Shown here: positions 57,230-64,000 of the stretch, one piece after another
Position numbering within the stretch: the first letter of the stretch is position 1
Layout of the letters: every line of letters begins with the position of its first letter
Source: Paraspadella gotoi
Lineage: Eukaryota; Animalia; Chaetognatha
DNA length: 64,000 nucleotides
NCBI GenBank assembly: GCA_051294375.1
Contig: CM119266.1
Coordinates: 26,106,851 to 26,170,850, forward strand
Direction: 5' to 3'
Program-made: the position numbers and the translations under genes
The notes under the pieces: generated by a model
Seen by the model: the letters and a program-made list of their open reading frames with translations, nothing else
The model's database searches: none
What the model was told of the DNA's origin: nothing

Positions 57230-59164
57230 ATGGCGTCGGCTTCGTCTCTTTTGGGCCTCGTCTCTCAACTCCAATCGATGGAGTCTTCCTTCGCCGCGAT
57301 TCTCTTCGAGGCGGCGATGAAACTGTCGTCGCTGACTGACGCCAAAGTCTTTCTCATGGTGGAATCGCCAGAGGGCAGGTGGGTGTCAAGACTGGTGAAG
57401 GAGAAAGGGGCCAAATGGCGATCTTTTCTCCTCCCATCATTTTTTTTTTCTTTCCTTGGAAAAGGAGCTGGGCCGGTCACCCTATCCTCCGTCACACCTT
57501 TCTCCACGAGGGACTCCACCCTCAGGAGGAGGACACCGAGATCGAGGTAGACCCCAACGTCAGCGCCATCGTCCGCCGCAAGAAGATGGCGCAGAGTCTG
57601 CAGCAGGAACATCCCCTCTACTCCTCGGGTCTCGACGCCGAAGACCCTTCGCAGCAGCGGTTCATGCAGGACGCCGTTTCGCAGCACAGCGACGTCGAAC
57701 CGGACTCTCCCTACGACAGGTTGGAACGAGGTTTGGCCGCTAAATCTGATTCACGGATGAAAATTTCGGCAAAATATTGTTTTTATTAGAAGCTGATTGG
57801 TTTCTTTTAGACCACAGACCAACTATCAGCGAAAACGAAGATTGGAGTCTCAGTTGAGTCAACACGGGTCCGGGGTAAACAAACACAGTCGGGGAACGCA
57901 GGGTAAGAGACAAAAAACGGGTCATGATCAACCTTTTTGCCCTACAGAACTTAGTCTTTGTATGTTTTTGTTTTAATGTCCAGGGCGACGCGTCCGAAAA
58001 GCCCCGCGCGGATCTCTCTCATCTTCGAACTCCCTCGACGCCGACTTCCGCGGCAACAGTTATCAAAGTGAGTCCCGGATTCAGTTGAAAAGGAAAAGCT
58101 TACTCTGCGTCGACTTACCTTTTTTACTTTGCAGCCAACCATTCCGTCGAAGCCCTCCACGAGGTCGGCGACTTCCCCTCCGGCGAATCCCAAGACTTTG
58201 GCCATAGTCCCGATCTGCTCGATCAACAGTCGCAGCCTCGACCGGATCAACAGCAGCTACAAAGGGGAGATCAGCAGCTGCAGATCTACGGACAGGCTTT
58301 CGCCGCTTCCGGCGCCGCCGAAACGTTTTCGAATCCGGAGGCTCCAGGATTCGAGGGATTTCCGGGCGGCGACAGTGGAGGTAGCGGACCTGGAGAAGTT
58401 CCCGGATTCGAAGCGGAAAACGGAGGCTTCGAGGTGGACGACGTTTTCGTGGCAGATACTGGAGGAGGAGGGGACGTAGGTGGTGGCGGCGGCGGTGGTG
58501 GAGGAGGAAAAAAACGGAAGAAACTATCTGATAAAAGCAGTTGGGCTCTGGTGCCCACAATCAGCCCAGAGGACAAAGTAAGATATTTTGATAGTTGATA
58601 ATGAATATCAAGCGTAACAATTTTAGCACATTAGCGAGCAAAAGTGTGCCATCTTATCGAAAATCAATTTCCCCCTAGAACTACATGAACATGTTTACAA
58701 TAATCGAAAAAGTAATTCCCTGTCAGTTATCAAATAATTCGCGACAATTTCTAGTATAAATTCTCTCTCGGCATCCCGGACGTCCTCAGCGACGCTGCCT
58801 ACCTTTATCCTTCCGGCAGAATATCGGGAAAAGGGACGCGACCCAAAGCTATGTGGAAAGGTACGTTAGGTTTTGCATACAGAATTAAAGATAACGGGGC
58901 CTACACTTCTTTTTTTTTAACGACCCGCTCATCCCTCATCTTCCAGGTTGGCGATACTCGTTTCACTCCGAATCCTCCATCCGCAACGTGATGTTGTTCA
59001 ACTGCAGTCATCGACAGCAGAACAAGTGCAAGGGTCAGATCACCGTTAATCGGGATTCCCTCCAAGTCGTCGGCCACAAACTTCACGACTTCGACGTCAG
59101 CCCGGATGTCGAGGCTACCCTGCAGGAAATCGACGAGAAAGAACTCTTGGCCGGCTTCAAGTAA
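57230..59164 (+). CDS. Putative transcription regulator: N-terminal MADS-box-like segment, Gly/acidic linker with NLS-like KKRKK, C-terminal FLYWCH/WRKY-like zinc finger
   Basis: In-phase exons 57230-57378, 57464-57719, 57811-57902, 57984-58067, 58135-58577, 58756-58860 and 58947-59164. ILFEAAMKLSSLTDAKVFLMVESPEGR; GTRPKAMWKGWRYSFH...FNCSHRQQNKCKGQITV...GHKLH. Confidence 0.8.
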
Positions 59165-59675
59165 CACGACTCTCGGCTCCTCTTCGTATTCTCGCGTATT
59201 TTCCGCTCGGTAGCTCCCAATTGGGAGAGGGTTGAAGAAAGTTTTCATTTGTCAGTCATCAATGGGGTTTTTTTTTCGTATTATTTGGTTCGTACTTACT
59301 GCCATTATCTTGATTAAGTTTATGCCATTTTCGTTTCTTATTTTGTCTTTTATTTTTACATGATAGAAAGTTTCATATGCTGTGAACGAGTACTAGTTAC
59401 CGTCGCTTTTTACACATTTGATCGCGAGCATCAATGACCATTTTTATGGAAGTGTGCATGGTTAGTAAATTCGATTTGATTGAATTTTTTGCCTCATATC
59501 GACACCATTAATGATTTACAAAATTCTCATACGACGCGGAACGTCGCCGTTTGCTCAACGCAATTTATATCCCAGTTTGTTGATGAAAATTGTTCTTTCA
59601 TTTCTCATTTTTGTTTAAATTCTACAAAATCATGTCGGGGAAAATATATGGGCGAAAAGTGATTTGTGGTTTTTT

Positions 59676-60080
59676 TTTTATCGTCGCAATCGCTTAGCGT
59701 TTGCGACGATATTGTAACGCTTTTGCGCATAAGTGGCGTTGTCGTCGTCGTTGTTGTCGCCGGCTTATTCTTTTTTTCTCTTTTTTCCTGCTGCTTCTGC
59801 TGTTTTTTTTTCAGGGGCTGCGTCTGCTGATTAGTTTATTTTTTGACAATGACAATTGACAATGATAAAATTTTTTTTTTTTTTTTAGAAACTGTAACTT
59901 TAATTTTCCTCGCTACTTTATTATTTTTTTAAATTGACAATCGCAAAATATAATTTTTCTTTGTTTATAAATTAATTTTCTTTTCTCAAATTTTTTTTTT
60001 TTTTAGTATCAAAATTTTTCGTCAATCCAGATTTTTCTTATGCAATTGCGACGATCCTTATGCTTTTAAGATTTTTTTTT
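59676..60080 (+). mobile_element. Helentron/HINE-like non-autonomous element, apparently with both ends
   Basis: 5' atcgtcgcaat..ttgcgacgat palindrome, a 3' subterminal inverted repeat attgcgacgat (~60045-60055) followed by a short tail, and T-run flanks. Internal blocks are shared with 53.9-54.2 kb. Confidence 0.65.
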
Positions 60081-61355
60081 TTTTTAAAGCAGCTTTAGGT
60101 CCCTAATATTAGTTGCTAGTGATTAGGAAGTCAGGCAAGTTCCTACATGAAAAGGGAGTTCATATGGGAGAGAATCTCGGATCTTTTTGCAGTCTCCAAG
60201 GGTTAGAAAGAGTAGCGTTTTAAGCAGTTTGACCTATTCGGCATCGGTTATGAACCCCTTACTTTTCGGTTCGGAGACTTTAATCCATCGGGCATCGATA
60301 TGAAGTCGGATTCTAAATTTACTTTAGTCACCAAAATAGCATTAAACGTCCGACAACTGAAAAAACTTCGGAAATTTTTTTCAAAAAATCCATTACCCAA
60401 TTCGAATAATTGTTTTTTCCCTGGAAAACAAATTTTAAACCCGCTTTTTTTCCTCTGGGAACTTTTGCTGCAGCGAAGACCTTATCAGTAGTTCTAGGTG
60501 GACAGAACATTATTCTTCTCAAATGGATTTTTTAAATCGCGATATTATTCGCCGACACACCGGGTCGTCGTGAAATGGTGTCCTCTTGGCCCACGCAATC
60601 TTCACCGGCGGATTTAAAAGAACAGAAGTTTTAAAATAGTAATAAATGCAGAACGATAACACTTTTAAAAAGACCACCTGGTCAACTCTTTCATCAATTC
60701 CATTTAATACAGAAACAAAAAAATCAAACCCAAAAAATTGGGGCGAGGGGGAAAGTTTTGATCATAATCCTTTTTGATCATAATCCTTATTCCAAATAAA
60801 CAGATCAGAGTAAAGGGATCTACCAGTTTATTCAACAACAATTTCTAAAAGTTTTTCAGTCATGGATGGCAAAAAAAACCATTTATCAATACTATATAAT
60901 TGGGATAATTTTTAGTTGACAACCGAGTCAATATCGCCTTTCACAAGGTGTCTAGATATCTGGCTCTAGATATTTTTTGAAAACATTTTAGAGCTTAAAC
61001 TTAATTTTGTATTTTTTAATATTTTCAACTTGGGGGGGGGGGGATGAAGGAAATCACGCTCTTTCATCATTAATCTCTCACCATCTAACTTAGCAGCTGG
61101 TGTCCGACCTCCACTTTTTTTATCTCCCACTTTCTGCTATTTATTCCATGACTTTAAATAAAAATTCTTTTTTTGCTCAACTTTTTACCCGAAATATTCA
61201 TATTGTTTGAAGCGCTAGTACTTAAAATTATGAGCCTCATTTCAACACTTCGTTGGATCAAGAAGCCCTTCAGCTTCATTTTCAAAAATATTCATTAAAA
61301 TTTGCATTTTTCAAACTTTTAAAAAGGAGGTAAAATTTCACCACCCGAAAACAGC

Positions 61356-64000
61356 ATGCTTCTCGGCGCGATTTCACTGATTATTTTCGTCGCAGAAGGG
61401 GGAAATGGTAAGAAATCAAGACCTACAATATATATCGATGCCAGAGACTGGCAATCATTATCGGATAGAAACAAGTTTGAGCAAACTATGCCCGATCTGC
61501 TCACGATAATTTAGCGAACATCAATTAATCGATTGATTGATTTATCAATTTTTTTATTCATTTGAGAAATCTGTTATATCCGCTATAATTTTGTAAGGTA
61601 ATTTTTTATAATACGATGTTTTAAGTGATTTGATTTGACTGACCGATAAAACTATCGGGCCGACTGACATTCCGACAGAGCAAATTATAGAACTGACTTG
61701 ACTAAACTTTGGCCATATAAATTTTTTTTCATCACGTCAAAGCGATTCCCCCCTGGCGGCACCTGTTGACTCTTTCCACGACGCGTATTTGGCCGAATGG
61801 CATCATTCCCTACCGTCTCGTTAGCTACGACGACACCGACAAAAACGCCGTAGACAATATAAGAGACGCTATGGACAGTTGGCAGAACAAGACCTGCATC
61901 AGGTTCTATCCCGTCTTTTTTCGATGAATTTTAAACTATTGTAATGAAAAAATATGTTATATTTTGGTTATATGTAAATAATTTTCGGAATCACGAAAGG
62001 TTCCTTCAGTCCTTGATTCTATTTCCTAAAAAAAATATTTTTTTATATAGATTCGTTCCCGAGGCGGAATACCAAGGCTCGTCCGGTGTTTTGAGCATTT
62101 TCAATGCCGACTCGCCCTGTCGGGCTCTCGTAGGGTGAGTATTAAGGAATATGACAAACCACCAAATAATTTAATAAATCAAGCGAAGCCCTCAATTGAG
62201 TCCAATACACTCCCGCAGTTACTACGGCGTGGGCGGATCCGAAGTGTTCTTGGGCGCCGAAAGATGCGGAACTTCGATGCAAACGATCATCCACGAATTC
62301 GGCCACGTCATCGGACTCAAACACGAAGACACGAGGTCGGACAGAGACGAATACCTCACCCTCGCCGATGCGGTAAGTTGTCTTAACCCGAGAAAAATTA
62401 ACGATATAAAATAGGTACAATAAATATAAAAATTATCCATTCATTTGATAATCAATAAATTATGCTATCTTTTCCCTGACTTAGGACAGGCTTTGGTCCG
62501 TTAAGGGTCTTCCATCCCTATTACAAGATAATAACATGACAGGACCCGAGCTTTTTCTGTATGAGTTGTAAGTTAAAATTTGGTAGTATCGATGAAAAGG
62601 TCTGTCAATGATTGCACGAACTCACGTATTTTGAAATTTTCAAGAAGGATGTCTAATATCTAATTAGAAAACTAGGGCAGAAAGTAACTTTTTTAACTTT
62701 GTGTTGTATATATGCTACTCTATATATATATGTAGTGAAATTTATTAAATTCTTACATTTATTTTAAAATTTATTATATAAAATTTTAAATACTAATTGA
62801 GTAAATCAAGTAATCTTGCAATTTTTCATAACTCGGAAATTTCGAAATGATGGATTTTGTTCTTCATATTTTCGAATTAGTACCGATTAAATGGACTTTC
62901 TCCTGCGTTTTTTATTCGTGCCTTTTAAACAGTTCCACTGGGAGAAGGACAATGAGCCCGGTCTCGAGCTGTTAACTCCATACGATTATCTTTCGGTGAT
63001 GCAAACCTCAAGTCTGGGAGTCGCCAATAACGCGATATGGGGTCGCTACAAGAAAACGATGAACAGTTACAATACAAAAGTGAGCTCGATTAGATTTTGA
63101 ACAAAGACAAATGAACAAAAAGAAATTAAAAAAAAAAATCTTTTTAGGATCCCTGCTACCAACAATTTGTCGGAAGAACAATCTATCCGTCTTTCTACGA
63201 TACAAAAGGTGAATCATTTTTTTCATAATTGCAGCACATGTGAATGAATGAAATAAAAATTAAGTAATAAAACCTTGCAGGAATCAACTTAGCCTACAGT
63301 TGCGCGAGTAGCTGTACAGAAGAAGTCAGAGAATTATGCGAATTGGAAGGTTCGTAAACGATTTCTGGATTTTTCATTGAACTGCTCCCTACATACAATA
63401 TGAACTTTTTCGTTGCTTAAATTTTTGAGGCGACGACTGTTTTGTTGGTGGCACGGATTGTTCTTGCATCTGTCCCGGGATGTGGACAGATCCTTGCAAT
63501 TCGGGGGGAGCGATGGCGCGAACTTTAGTTCCGTGCGGTTCCGGGATGTGGACCTGCCACGACGGGCGATGTATAGATGAGAGATGGGTGTGCGATAAGT
63601 ACCCTGGTGAGTGTAAAGTTTTTCTATTCATTCGTCTATTTGGATAAAGGGTGTCTTTTTTATTCATTTATTCTGCAAACTATCTGGTCTATCAGATCCA
63701 TCTCCTGCTCCTATTTCTTGCAGTGCCGTATCACCTTAAACGCTAAATATTTCCACCCTTTCCCACAAAAACTACTTCTGCTGCTTCCACCCCCAACCCC
63801 TTAAGACTGTGACGATGGCGAAGACGAGATCTGCGCAGGGTTCCACCTCTGCCCGCTCGACGCCGCGCCCAATCCGGAAGTGACGATCTCAGGCGAGGCT
63901 ATGAGTTGCGCCGATGCGGTCGCCAGGTGGCCACGTCTCGTCTGCCTCGAAACGTCGCCCTTCGTCGACAAGTGTTGCCGCGAATGTCACTCGGCCAACG
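61356..64000 (+). CDS. Secreted astacin (M12A) metalloprotease with Cys-rich/EGF-like, LDL-receptor class A and PLAC/ShK-like modules; 3' end truncated by the window
   Basis: Exons 61356-61407 (signal peptide MLLGAISLIIFVAEG), 61743-61902 (WPNGIIPY..W..KTCIRF), 62051-62134, 62219-62372 (HEFGHVIGLKHEDTRSDRD), 62933-63079 (PYDYLSVMQT), 63148-63208, 63281-63348, 63430-63606 and 63806-end ([31 protein letters not shown]). Confidence 0.92.
62413..62540 (+). repeat. Intronic dispersed repeat, copy 2 (copy 1 at 46770-46885)
   Basis: Visual alignment to copy 1. Confidence 0.8.

Overview
Eukaryotic nuclear DNA, AT-rich with short GT-AG introns and the standard code, from an invertebrate animal I cannot identify further. 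I assembled gene models by hand from splice sites and reading phase. In order: a decayed Gypsy-type LTR remnant (0.9-2.65 kb); a giant acidic and Cys/Pro/Lys-repeat protein (5.2-18.2 kb, with a probable assembly duplication) that ends in a Tom20-like helical module; a tetraspanin; CHMP1; a large disordered protein; Abl-interactor (ABI); a small coiled-coil gene; VAP; WDR1/AIP1; a MADS-like plus FLYWCH-like protein; and an astacin-LDLa protease that runs off the window end. Introns and intergenic DNA hold LINE and Penelope fragments and Helentron/DINE-like elements. Best leads: (1) the VAP gene contains a frame-symmetric 2376-nt exon that inserts 792 aa of coiled coil between the MSP domain and the membrane anchor, giving a normal 245-aa VAP or a 1037-aa golgin-length form; (2) an inverted pair of minimal hammerhead ribozymes sits inside a repeat element carrying TTAGGG-like units; (3) the MADS-like/FLYWCH-like fusion; (4) the giant Cys-rich protein with a Tom20-like tail. 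All family calls come from motif recognition, not database searches.
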